Below are positions 8,162 through 16,300 of a stretch of 54,158 nt of DNA, in pieces. The stretch lies in the NCBI GenBank assembly GCA_005792635.1, contig SXRF01000102.1, forward strand, positions 1 to 54,158, given 5' to 3'. Source of the DNA: Rickettsiales bacterium. Lineage in GTDB: Bacteria; Pseudomonadota; Alphaproteobacteria; Rickettsiales; SXRF01. Under the pieces are notes generated by a model. That model was given only the letters and a program-made list of their open reading frames with translations, ran no database searches and was not told the DNA's origin. Every line of letters begins with the position of its first letter. Positions within the stretch are counted from its first letter, which is position 1. The translations under genes were made by a program, and so were the position numbers.

Positions 8162-8659
8162 TTATTCTCCTTTCACTACTGGGGATGGTTTATCCCTTGT
8201 TACGGAGGATTTCGTTTCATCCCTCAAAACTTTTTCTTCGCCGGTTCCGCGTGGCTCGATCTGCCAGATCATGGAGTCCATTCGCTCGCGCATCGCTTTC
8301 ATTTCGCCACTCATCTCCGGCATCGGGCAGTCTTTCTCCTTACCCATGCAATGCTGCATAGTAATCCGCATGTTTTCCATGCGTCTTTCCATATATTCGA
8401 GATCGGCGATGATCTGGCAATGCGCTGTCATATCTGGCATGCAGTGCTGGCTGGCGCGATGCGCCGCCATTTCTTCTTCCATCCGCTTCATTGCTTCGTT
8501 CATGCGACAATGAGCATCCATTCCCTGCATGCAGTGCGGCATGTTACCGCCATGCGTATCTGGCTTGTTCTCTTTGGCAAACGCCGCGTGATAACCAAAC
8601 ACCACGGCGATGATCACAAAAAAGAGGAAAGTATTAAAAAATGGTCGGCTGCTAGTCAT
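8162..8659 (-). CDS. Secreted helical His/Cys/Met-rich protein (repeated HCM..AHC motif)
   Basis: 165 aa. Signal peptide ...VVFGYHAAFA|KE. Motifs MPHCMQGMDAHC, QHCMPDMTAHC and MQHCMGKEKDCPMPEM. Confidence 0.55.
   Translation of the reverse strand: MTSSRPFFNTFLFFVIIAVVFGYHAAFAKENKPDTHGGNMPHCMQGMDAHCRMNEAMKRMEEEMAAHRASQHCMPDMTAHCQIIADLEYMERRMENMRITMQHCMGKEKDCPMPEMSGEMKAMRERMDSMIWQIEPRGTGEEKVLRDETKSSVTRDKPSPVVKGE
8198..8226 (-). promoter_or_regulatory. ECF-type promoter motif TGAGGGAT-N14-CGTAACA, upstream of the BI-1/YccA gene
   Basis: Exact match to the motif found at four other sites, with the same 14-nt spacing. It lies inside the 3' end of CDS 8162..8659, about 40 nt before ATG 8160. Confidence 0.55.
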
Positions 8660-9101
8660 GAGCGGTGCCTATTGCAGATGCTTTGTGTTTGGGGTAGAGG
8701 TGATCAAGAATAGGACACTGGCTAATCGGCGTATCACCGCCTGGGCATATTTTGGAAAGGTGCGTAAGTGCTTTCTCGACGCGCTCTAATTCTTTTACCT
8801 GTTTCTTTGCCTCGATAATTTTCTGGTGCGTCCGTTCCAGCATAGTGGCGCAAGTCGCATCCTTGCTCGATTTCAGGGTAAGCAGCCTTTTAATCTCGGC
8901 GAGGGTAAAACCAAGCTCCTTCGCGTTCTTGATGAACATCACCTGACGTACGCTGTTTGCATCGTATAGTCGGTAGCCAGACTTGGAACGGCGTTCCGCC
9001 TGCACTAGCTTAAAGCGTTCATAGTAGCGGATCGTGTCGATGCGAACACCGCACATTTCCGCCAATTTTCCGATAGTAATCGTGGCATGGTTCTTTGTCA
9101 T
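8652..9101 (-). CDS. MerR-family metal-responsive transcriptional regulator (three-Cys type)
   Basis: 149 aa. HTH IGKLAEMCGVRIDTIRYYER. It has a Cys at the start of the dimerisation helix (KDATCATML) and a C-terminal CPGGDTPISQCPILDHL loop. Confidence 0.85.
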   Translation of the reverse strand: MTKNHATITIGKLAEMCGVRIDTIRYYERFKLVQAERRSKSGYRLYDANSVRQVMFIKNAKELGFTLAEIKRLLTLKSSKDATCATMLERTHQKIIEAKKQVKELERVEKALTHLSKICPGGDTPISQCPILDHLYPKHKASAIGTAHD

Positions 9102-9109
9102 AAGTCTGC

Positions 9110-9141
9110 ACCCTACACCTTGGACTATAGTGAAAGGTCAA
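9110..9141 (-). promoter_or_regulatory. MerR-type promoter/operator (TTGACC-N20-TAGGGT with an internal dyad)
   Basis: Minus strand reads TTGACCTTTCACTATAGTCCAAGGTGTAGGGT. The 20-bp spacer is characteristic of MerR-activated promoters. The -10 lies 8 nt before ATG 9101. Confidence 0.6.
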
Positions 9142-9328
9142 TCACTAATCGCTTGTCGGCGAATAATAATTGACTTCGATCAAATCTTCCTCGGGTTTCT
9201 GTACTTGGGCGACTTGCTTTTGAGGCGGCTTCCTTAAATAATGCTCAACCTCATTCATGGTCGGGACAGAGGGAAGCGATCGCTTGGATGGGCTTTCTTT
9301 TAGAGCAGTCTGTTCCTTCAACATATCG

Positions 9329-9505
9329 CTAACCGCAGCAACATTTGTTCTTGGATTTCTTTTCAACGGGATGCTCGGCAGCCTGCGCTGGTTTTTCCGA
9401 ACAATGCTCTTGCGGCTTAGAGATATCCTTTTGAGTAGCGGCTTGAGGCGATTTCATGTGATCGCAACATTCAGGCTTAGTAGGGTTTGATGAAGTATTT
9501 TGCAT
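9329..9505 (-). CDS. 58-aa Cys-cluster peptide (below the ORF-track cut-off)
   Basis: Hand translation: MQNTSSNPTKPECCDHMKSPQAATQKDISKPQEHCSEKPAQAAEHPVEKKSKNKCCCG*. GGAGGAG lies 6 nt upstream of the ATG, and a MerR-type promoter lies about 35 nt upstream. Confidence 0.45.
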   Translation of the reverse strand: MQNTSSNPTKPECCDHMKSPQAATQKDISKPQEHCSEKPAQAAEHPVEKKSKNKCCCG

Positions 9506-9540
9506 GTGTAACTCCTCCGTTGGTGGTTGAAAACAGGCTG

Positions 9541-9572
9541 ACCCTACACCCTGGACTATAGTACAAGGTCAA
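9541..9572 (-). promoter_or_regulatory. MerR-type promoter/operator (TTGACC-N20-TAGGGT)
   Basis: Minus strand reads TTGACCTTGTACTATAGTCCAGGGTGTAGGGT, nearly identical to the site at 9110..9141. Confidence 0.6.
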
Positions 9573-9590
9573 GCGTTTTCTGATAAGGAC

Positions 9591-9986
9591 TTACATCATG
9601 CCCATAAGCATCATCTTCGGTGCTAGAAAGGCAAAGAAAACGCCTATAAAATAGGCTGATACCGAAATATAAAAAATCCAGCCGCTGATTCTCCGAAGCC
9701 GCGCACAGGCTTTTGCTTGCGCCGGATCAGCGAGGCATGGAGCATTCCGGTTAAGATAGCGCAGTGCTCCAGAAATCGTGAGCATAATCCCTGCGAAAAT
9801 AAACAGCGGGGTCTTGTGTTCGGAAAGCCATACCAATCCTGGCATGGCACTAAACAATCCAATCAGGGCTGCACCAGCACCCAGCGTCACGAGCAGTGCT
9901 GGTAGCGCGCAACACAATAATGTGCTCATTGAAGCAAAGAGCGCGACGGTAGGAACAACTCCGCGGTGCAGCTTTGCCTTATGCAT
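9591..9986 (-). CDS. MerT/MerC-like membrane protein with a CC..P motif
   Basis: About 131 aa with about 4 TM segments. The first TM carries LLCCALPALLVTLG, like mercuric-ion transporters. There is a second Cys pair, CLADPAQAKAC. ATG 9986 overlaps the upstream stop (TGATG). Confidence 0.6.
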   Translation of the reverse strand: MHKAKLHRGVVPTVALFASMSTLLCCALPALLVTLGAGAALIGLFSAMPGLVWLSEHKTPLFIFAGIMLTISGALRYLNRNAPCLADPAQAKACARLRRISGWIFYISVSAYFIGVFFAFLAPKMMLMGMM

Positions 9987-10273
9987 CAATTCACCCGTTC
10001 GATTTTTACCACGTCATAGCCTGCATTTTTTACGAGCGTCGTGAGCGTTGCGTCATCAATCGTTTTGCTCGGCTGAAAATCGATGGTCACCAGCTTGGCA
10101 TCAAGATCAACGATGGTGTCTTTTACGGTATCGAGCTTTCCAAACGTGCGCTTAATACCCTCCGCACAGAAAGCGCACACCAAGCCGTTAACGCTGATTT
10201 TTGCTGTTTCTGCGAATGCCGGAGAGCCGATGGAAGTGGCCAGCATTGCTGTGATAAGAATAAATTTACGCAT
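9986..10273 (-). CDS. Periplasmic heavy-metal-associated (HMA) domain protein, MerP-like
   Basis: 95 aa. Signal peptide ...SPAFA|ET followed by VNGLVCAFCAEGI (CxxC) in a ferredoxin-like HMA pattern. AGGAGG RBS. Confidence 0.8.
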   Translation of the reverse strand: MRKFILITAMLATSIGSPAFAETAKISVNGLVCAFCAEGIKRTFGKLDTVKDTIVDLDAKLVTIDFQPSKTIDDATLTTLVKNAGYDVVKIERVN

Positions 10274-10283
10274 AATTTCCTCC

Positions 10284-11324
10284 TTAAAATGTGAGATTCC
10301 AATTAAACATGACCGTATTATCGCTGCTGTAACCGACCTCGGCCAGAATGTTGCCTTTGAACAGCCGCACGAGCGGCGTAACTACGACTTCATCTTCCAT
10401 TCCAGGCTGGTGCTCCACTTGCAGCATCAACCATGTATGCAAATCATCGTATTTACCGATATAGGGCGCTACCCCGACACGGGCTTTTTGTGAAAATTGC
10501 TTGTCAATGTCCCCCGCATAAAGTGCCTGATTCTCGTAAGAGACAAAAATTCTTCTGGTTTCGTAATCAGCTAAAATTCCTGCCCATGCCGCTGGCTCAG
10601 TGTTGCTGCCTTGTTGTGCCGCTCCTGCGCCGGAGAGAAAAAAGAGGTTTCCCTGTGCATCCGGCATATTCCAGCGATTCACCAGATAGTTAAATTGTAG
10701 GCTGTGTACCCAATACTCCTCTTCGCGCATCCACTCGTTGCTGGTACCTATGGAATAATTGGCGGTTGGTGCATAGACGATATGAAGAAGATTTTCCGAA
10801 CCATTGTTCTCTTGCATAACCATCCAACCGCCCGCGTAAGGAATTGGCTTGGCCTCGGCCACCTGCGGCAAAGAGAAAAAAGCTGCGATGCTGACAATCA
10901 ATGCGGCAATCCCAGCTTTAGCCTTCCGGTTGATATGTTCGAGGATGGGGCAGCAATCAAGCGGACTGTCATCGGCGGGACACTGTTCGGCCAGTTGTTT
11001 TAGCACCTTTCTGATTTCTTTGAGTTCAAGAATGCGAGTTTCAGCTTGCTTTATTTTTGCTTCAGTATGTTTGAGAATCTCAGCGCAGGTTGCTTTATCG
11101 GAACCTTTAAGTGCCAGCAGCTGGCGAATTTCATCCAACGTAAAGTTCAACTCCTTTGCGCCGCGGATGAAACGAACAAGCCTCACCGCTTCAGGGCTAT
11201 AAAGACGGTACCCTGCTGGTGAGCGCGATTCAGCGGAAATCAACTTCAGTCTTTCATAATAACGCAGAGTTTCTGCGCTGACTTCAGTGATTTCCGCCAA
11301 TTTTCCGATGGTGAGCTGTTTCAT
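10284..11324 (-). CDS. MerR-family regulator fused to a TM/signal-like segment and a ~190-aa beta-rich OMP-like domain
   Basis: 346 aa. Residues 1-~135 are MerR (IGKLAEITEVSAETLRYYER, KATCAEIL, CPADDSPLDCCPILEH). Then comes NRKAKAGIAALIVSIAAFFSLPQVAEA|KP. Alternating-hydrophobic strands follow, ending ...VMFNWNLTF. Confidence 0.7.
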   Translation of the reverse strand: MKQLTIGKLAEITEVSAETLRYYERLKLISAESRSPAGYRLYSPEAVRLVRFIRGAKELNFTLDEIRQLLALKGSDKATCAEILKHTEAKIKQAETRILELKEIRKVLKQLAEQCPADDSPLDCCPILEHINRKAKAGIAALIVSIAAFFSLPQVAEAKPIPYAGGWMVMQENNGSENLLHIVYAPTANYSIGTSNEWMREEEYWVHSLQFNYLVNRWNMPDAQGNLFFLSGAGAAQQGSNTEPAAWAGILADYETRRIFVSYENQALYAGDIDKQFSQKARVGVAPYIGKYDDLHTWLMLQVEHQPGMEDEVVVTPLVRLFKGNILAEVGYSSDNTVMFNWNLTF

Positions 11325-11344
11325 ATTTTTCCCTCGATTTTTAC

Positions 11345-11376
11345 AGCATACACCTTTGAGTATACTACAAGGTCAA
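11345..11376 (-). promoter_or_regulatory. MerR-type promoter/operator (TTGACC-N20-TATGCT)
   Basis: Minus strand reads TTGACCTTGTAGTATACTCAAAGGTGTATGCT. It lies about 20 nt upstream of ATG 11324. Confidence 0.6.
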
Positions 11377-11390
11377 GGGATATTTTGTTG

Positions 11391-12308
11391 TTATTTTACA
11401 ATTACCCCTAGTGGCGCGAACAGGTCTTTGCCATCAATGCGTGTTTGCACGAACAGTTTCACAAAACCGGCTTTTTCAGGCTCGATATGGAATTGCAACT
11501 CTGGCCCACCGCGCTCGGATTCCGAAGTGGGTTCCTTGCCCATTGGATGAATGTGAAGGATGGTATTGCCGTCCTCACCAAAGCCTACGATATGCGCGAA
11601 TGCGCCCATCACCGGCTGTAAGTTTGATACGGGCTTTCCTGCCTTATCGGTCACTACCACTTTCCCCATGACGGGTTTCTCGGCTACCAGCGGCTCATCA
11701 AAGCTGAGAGCAAATTGATAGCCACCGGCTTCTGACTTACTGATAAGCGTTTTATCCATCTCGTGAGAGGTAATCGACGACTTGCCGATATCGGTTTTAA
11801 TATATTCCTGCTTTCCGGTGGTCGCAGGGGTTACGTCCGTCCAGATTCGGTAGCTTGAATCTTTCTTTGGCGTGAAATCAAACGCCCATTCACCCGCCTT
11901 GTCGGTGGGTGTGGGGTGGATATGGTGGTAATCGGTAAGCGTAGGATCAATCACCAGCAAATGCACACGCTGCGTATGCACCACGTTGATTGCTTCTGGT
12001 GTTACAGGCTTGCTGTCCTTAGTAGAGGCAATTTGCATGAGCATTTTGGTGGTTTTGCCCGCTTTCAGTTCGCCCTGTGGCAGCACTTTCACCGCAAGCG
12101 TTTTGGCAACTTCACCATGCTCATGAGTGCCTTCTTTTTTGCCATGATCCATACCTTGCATGGAATCGGCTGATTTTTGCATGTGCGGGCAGTCTTTACC
12201 CGGCATGCAATGTTTCATTTCACCGCCCATTTCACCGTGATCGTGGGCAAAGGCGGGCGCGACAATCGCTAGTGAACTTCCGATTAAAAGTGCGTGCAGT
12301 AATTTCAT
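11391..12308 (-). CDS. Secreted protein with a His/Met/Cys-rich N-terminus and two beta-rich domains, unknown function
   Basis: 305 aa. Signal peptide ...APAFA|HDHGEMGGEMKHCMPGKDCPHMQK. It contains HHIHP and ILHIHPMG motifs. Confidence 0.55.
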   Translation of the reverse strand: MKLLHALLIGSSLAIVAPAFAHDHGEMGGEMKHCMPGKDCPHMQKSADSMQGMDHGKKEGTHEHGEVAKTLAVKVLPQGELKAGKTTKMLMQIASTKDSKPVTPEAINVVHTQRVHLLVIDPTLTDYHHIHPTPTDKAGEWAFDFTPKKDSSYRIWTDVTPATTGKQEYIKTDIGKSSITSHEMDKTLISKSEAGGYQFALSFDEPLVAEKPVMGKVVVTDKAGKPVSNLQPVMGAFAHIVGFGEDGNTILHIHPMGKEPTSESERGGPELQFHIEPEKAGFVKLFVQTRIDGKDLFAPLGVIVK

Positions 12309-12336
12309 AAATTCTCCGTTGAGTTTGTTGTTGATT

Positions 12337-12771
12337 TTATATGCGGTTGGTCATTTCTTCGCATATGTGCGAGATGCGATTGGCGTGATCTGCCCAGCCT
12401 TTGCCTTCTTTCTGCTTTTTCTCAGCTACTTTAGCAGCGCAGGTTGCCGCCAGATCTTTTGGTGGCAACTTTTCATCAGCGTCTGCCGTGGTCAGGTCAT
12501 CCATCTGACGGCAGAGCGATTTCATTTCGAGAATTTCAGGTGACCGCTTAAGCCTTTGCCGTTGCTGAATACCGCGACGCCCAGTGGTGTTGATTTTTTG
12601 CAGGCTGGCAGGCCACTCTGCTTCATTCAGGCACGCAAGGCGCAAGGTCTCTTTGCGTTCTGCTTGAGTGGCGGTTTGTGATAATTTCTGATCAAGTGTC
12701 AATGGTGGAGTAAATTGTGCCGCACACGCTGATAACAGCAGTGTTGTGGCTAATAGTACCGTAGTTTTCAT
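12337..12771 (-). CDS. Lipoprotein, unknown function
   Basis: The start was set to MKTTVLLATTLLLSAC (lipobox LLSAC). An ECF-type promoter motif lies upstream. Confidence 0.5.
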   Translation of the reverse strand: MKTTVLLATTLLLSACAAQFTPPLTLDQKLSQTATQAERKETLRLACLNEAEWPASLQKINTTGRRGIQQRQRLKRSPEILEMKSLCRQMDDLTTADADEKLPPKDLAATCAAKVAEKKQKEGKGWADHANRISHICEEMTNRI

Positions 12772-12810
12772 GCCATTCTCCATGCGTACTGTTTATGTTT
12801 TCGCACTTCG

Positions 12811-12839
12811 TAGTACGCAGGAGAATCGGTTATCCCTCA
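12811..12839 (-). promoter_or_regulatory. ECF-type promoter motif TGAGGGAT-N14-CGTACTA
   Basis: Exact motif and spacing. It sits between the stop of 12844..13329 and the lipoprotein gene. Confidence 0.6.
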
Positions 12840-12843
12840 AAAA

Positions 12844-13329
12844 TTATTTTGCTGCACTTTCAACAAGTTTAAGTGCGCCTTGGCTTTTCTTGAGTTCGGA
12901 TAAGGTTTTTTCCAGATTCTTATCATGCGTGCCAATGTGGAAATCCGTGGTGGTTTTTACGAGCTGTTTAAGTGCGCCGAGCAAGCGGACTTTCTTTGCC
13001 GGCTCCATACTTTCCGCTTCTTTTTCAAGAAACTTTGCCGCTTCTCCGATATGGACAGTCACATCGTGCAGCTGATCCATGACTTTGCCATTGGCAAATA
13101 AGTCCGCTTTTTGCTTGTTTACGGCTTCGTCCATAAAGGATACGCCGTCACGCATCACTTTAAGAGCGCCATCTTTGGTGGTTATTTTGGTAGCCTCATC
13201 ATGCACAGCGGAAGGTTCGTGCTGGCCGTGCTGTTCTGTTTTTGAATGATCTTCACCTTCATGCGCCAGCGCAGGTTGCTGCAAGCCAGCGAAGGCCAGT
13301 ATCGCAGTGGTAAGCAGTAGTTTCTTCAT
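12844..13329 (-). CDS. Periplasmic helical protein with a His-rich N-terminus, unknown function
   Basis: 161 aa. Signal peptide ...QQPALA|HEGEDHSKTEQHGQHEPSAVHDE, and the rest is predicted helical. It lies immediately downstream of the RND pump gene. Confidence 0.55.
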   Translation of the reverse strand: MKKLLLTTAILAFAGLQQPALAHEGEDHSKTEQHGQHEPSAVHDEATKITTKDGALKVMRDGVSFMDEAVNKQKADLFANGKVMDQLHDVTVHIGEAAKFLEKEAESMEPAKKVRLLGALKQLVKTTTDFHIGTHDKNLEKTLSELKKSQGALKLVESAAK

Positions 13330-13344
13330 GTCATTCTCCTTGGG

Positions 13345-16300
13345 TTAATGGGTAATTGCCGCTGGTAGCAAAGTAGCGACGGGTTTCTTGCCGAATTTCC
13401 AGAACACCAGCGGGCGCACGGTGAGATCGAGCAGCGTGCTGGAAAATAATCCGCAGAAAATCACCACGGCAACAGGATGCAGGATTTCACGACCCGGCTC
13501 ATCGGCGGCGATAATCAACGGAATCAGTGCAAGGGATGCGGTGAGCGCGGTCATCAATACGGGGATAATCCGCTCGGATGTGCCGCGATAAATCATGGCG
13601 ATGTCGAAGCGTTCGCCCTCATGTTCCATCAGGTGCAGGTAATGCGCGATCATCATGATGCCGTTACGGGCGGCAATGCCGGTGAGCGTGACAAAGCCCA
13701 CCATCGTTGCAATCGAGAACACGCCGCCGGAGAGCCATACGCCAATCACCGCACCGATAAAGGCCAACGGTATTGATACCATCACCTGAAGCGCAAGGTT
13801 TGCACTTTTGAAATGCACGAACAGCACCATGAACATGCCCGCCAGCGAAAACAGGCTTAATACGGCAATCAAGCGCGAGGCACTGGCTTGGCTTTCAAAC
13901 TGTCCGCCATAGGTAATGTAGTAGCCTTGTGGTAGCTGCACTTTGCTATCAATCGCTGCCTGTACTTTCTTCACCACGCCCACCAGATCACGCTCGGCGA
14001 CGTTGGCCTGAATCACAATGCGCCGCTGGGCGTTTTCGCGGTTGATGATGTTCGGCCCTTTGGCATCCTGCACGTTGGCAATCGCTTGCAGCGGCACCAC
14101 ATTACCATCCCTGGTATCGACAGGAATTTGCTTGATGGCTTCAATGTCGCTCCGTGCCGCATCGGAAAGACGCATCACGATGTCATAGGTACGCTGGCCA
14201 TCCAGCACTTGCCCCACGGCCTTGCCCTGCATGGCAAGCTCGGCATATTCCGCCGCTTCGCCGGAAAGGAGGCCGTAGGTAGCAGCTTTCTCACGATCAA
14301 ACAGCACATGCACTTGTGGAATAAGCACCTGCTTTTCCACCGACAGATCCACCACTCCTTCCACTTCGCTCATGGCTTGGCGGATTTCTTCGGCTTTAGC
14401 ACGAAGCACATCCAAATCCGTGCCGAACAGCTTGATGGCGATCTGCGCCCGCACACCGCTCATCATGTGGTCAATGCGGTGCGAAATAGGCTGGCCGATA
14501 TTCACCGCGATTCCGGGAATCTCATCCAAGCGGCTGCGTATATCGGCAAGAATGACAGCGCGAGAACGCTTGGATTCTTTCAACTCCACCTCAATCTCAC
14601 TGGAATGCACGCCTTCTGCGTGGTCATCGCGTTCTGCGCGGCCTGTGCGCCTTCCGGTTTCGGTGGCTTCCGGCACTTGGCGGATAAGGTTTTCCGCAAT
14701 CGTGCCGATACGGTTGGATTCAGCAAGGCTGGTTCCAGGTGGGGTCAGGATGTTTATCGTCACCGAGCCTTCATTGAATTGTGGCAGGAATTCCTTGCCG
14801 AAGAACGGCACCATCGCCAGCACTGCAAATGTCATGACAGCAACCGCTGTCAGCACAGTTTTGCTATGCGGAAAAGCAAAATTCAGGACACGGGTTTGAA
14901 GCGATTTAATTTTCCGTAGCAGCCAGCCATCATGTTCTGCACTCATGCGTTTCATGTTCGGCAATAGATACGAGCAAAGGGCTGGGGTGAGCGTGAGCGA
15001 TACGAACAGCGAAGCAATGATGGACGTAATGTAGGCAATACCCAGCGGTAGGAAGATTTTTCCTTCGATACCATCCATTGCAAAAAGCGGGATGAATACC
15101 AGCACCACAATGATGGTGGCGAATACGATGGAGTTCCGCACCTCGCTGGATGCCTCATAAATCACTTGCAGTGGGTTGCGGGGTTTTTCGGCATGGCGGT
15201 TTTCACGCAAGCGGCGGAAGACGTTTTCCACATCCACAATCGCATCATCCACCAGTTCGCCAATTGCCACGGCCAAACCGCCCAGCGTCATGGTATTGAT
15301 ACTCATGCCAAACATATTGAACACGATAGCCGTCAATACGAATGAAAGCGGAATGGCGGTGAGCGTGATAAAGGTGGTGCGGAAGTTAAGGAGAAACAGG
15401 AACAGCACGATAGCAACCAGTATCGCACCATCGACCAAGGCTTTCTCTACATTTTTGATTGCCCGCTCGATGAATGTGCCTTGCTTGAAGATTTCACCGT
15501 GGATTTTTACGCCTTCGGGCAGGTTTTTTTGAATGCTGGCAAGCTCGGCTTCAATCGCTTTGGTGAGTTTGATGGTGTCTGCGCCGGGTTGTTTCTGAAC
15601 AGAGAAAATCACGGCAGGACTACCATTGACGCTGGCATCGCCGCGCTTTGCCAGAGGGCCACCAAGTTTAATATCCGCTACCTGATCGAGCGTGAGCGGT
15701 GTCGGACTGCCATTTTCTTTCGGCAACGGCGATTTTGCCAGATCATCAAGTGTTTTTACTCTGGCGATATTGCGGATTAAGCCTTCCTGATAATCAGAAA
15801 GCAGAAAGCCGCCTGTAGCATTGATATTGGAACCAGCGATGGTTGCTTCCACATCATGCAGCGTCACGCCATAATTTTTAAGTTTCAGCGGGTCAACCAA
15901 CACCTGATATTGTTTCAGATCGCCGCCAATCACTGATACTTGCGAAATGCCGGAAATGGAAAGCAAGCGGTTACGAATATCCCACTCCGCAATCGTGCGT
16001 AAATCCATGCCACTGATTTCAGGATTTTCGGAAGTTAGCCCCACCAGCATGATTTCCCCCATAATGGAAGAAATCGGCCCCATGACAGGGCGTGCGTCCT
16101 GTGGCAGCGTTTCCTGCGCCTGTTGCAGCTTCTCCGCGACAATCTGGCGTGCCGTGTAAATATCGGTATCCCAGCCGAATTCTACCCATACAATCGAAAG
16201 CCCGATAGCTGATGCCGAGCGCACGCGCTCAACGCCCGTGGAGCCGTTCACCGCCGTTTCAATCGGCCATGTCACCAGTGCTTCCACTTCCTCCGGCGCA

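Noticed and set aside
9145-9366. 73-aa ORF (or the 59-aa version from ATG 9324) downstream of the Cys-cluster peptide.
   Set aside because: It has no convincing RBS and no motif, and it overlaps the end of the better-supported 58-aa ORF in another frame. It is kept only as a caveat, since it may be a frameshifted continuation, and is not listed as a feature.
14086-14919. Long antisense ORFs inside the RND, MFP, LolA, CopB and RNase E genes, for example 14086..14919 (277 aa), 16887..17633 (248 aa), 19231..20082 (283 aa), 4584..5183 and 49740..50321.
   Set aside because: They lie opposite well-supported genes, have Arg/His/Cys-rich or low-complexity composition, and lack an RBS or recognisable domains. 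These are typical shadow ORFs of moderately GC-rich coding DNA.
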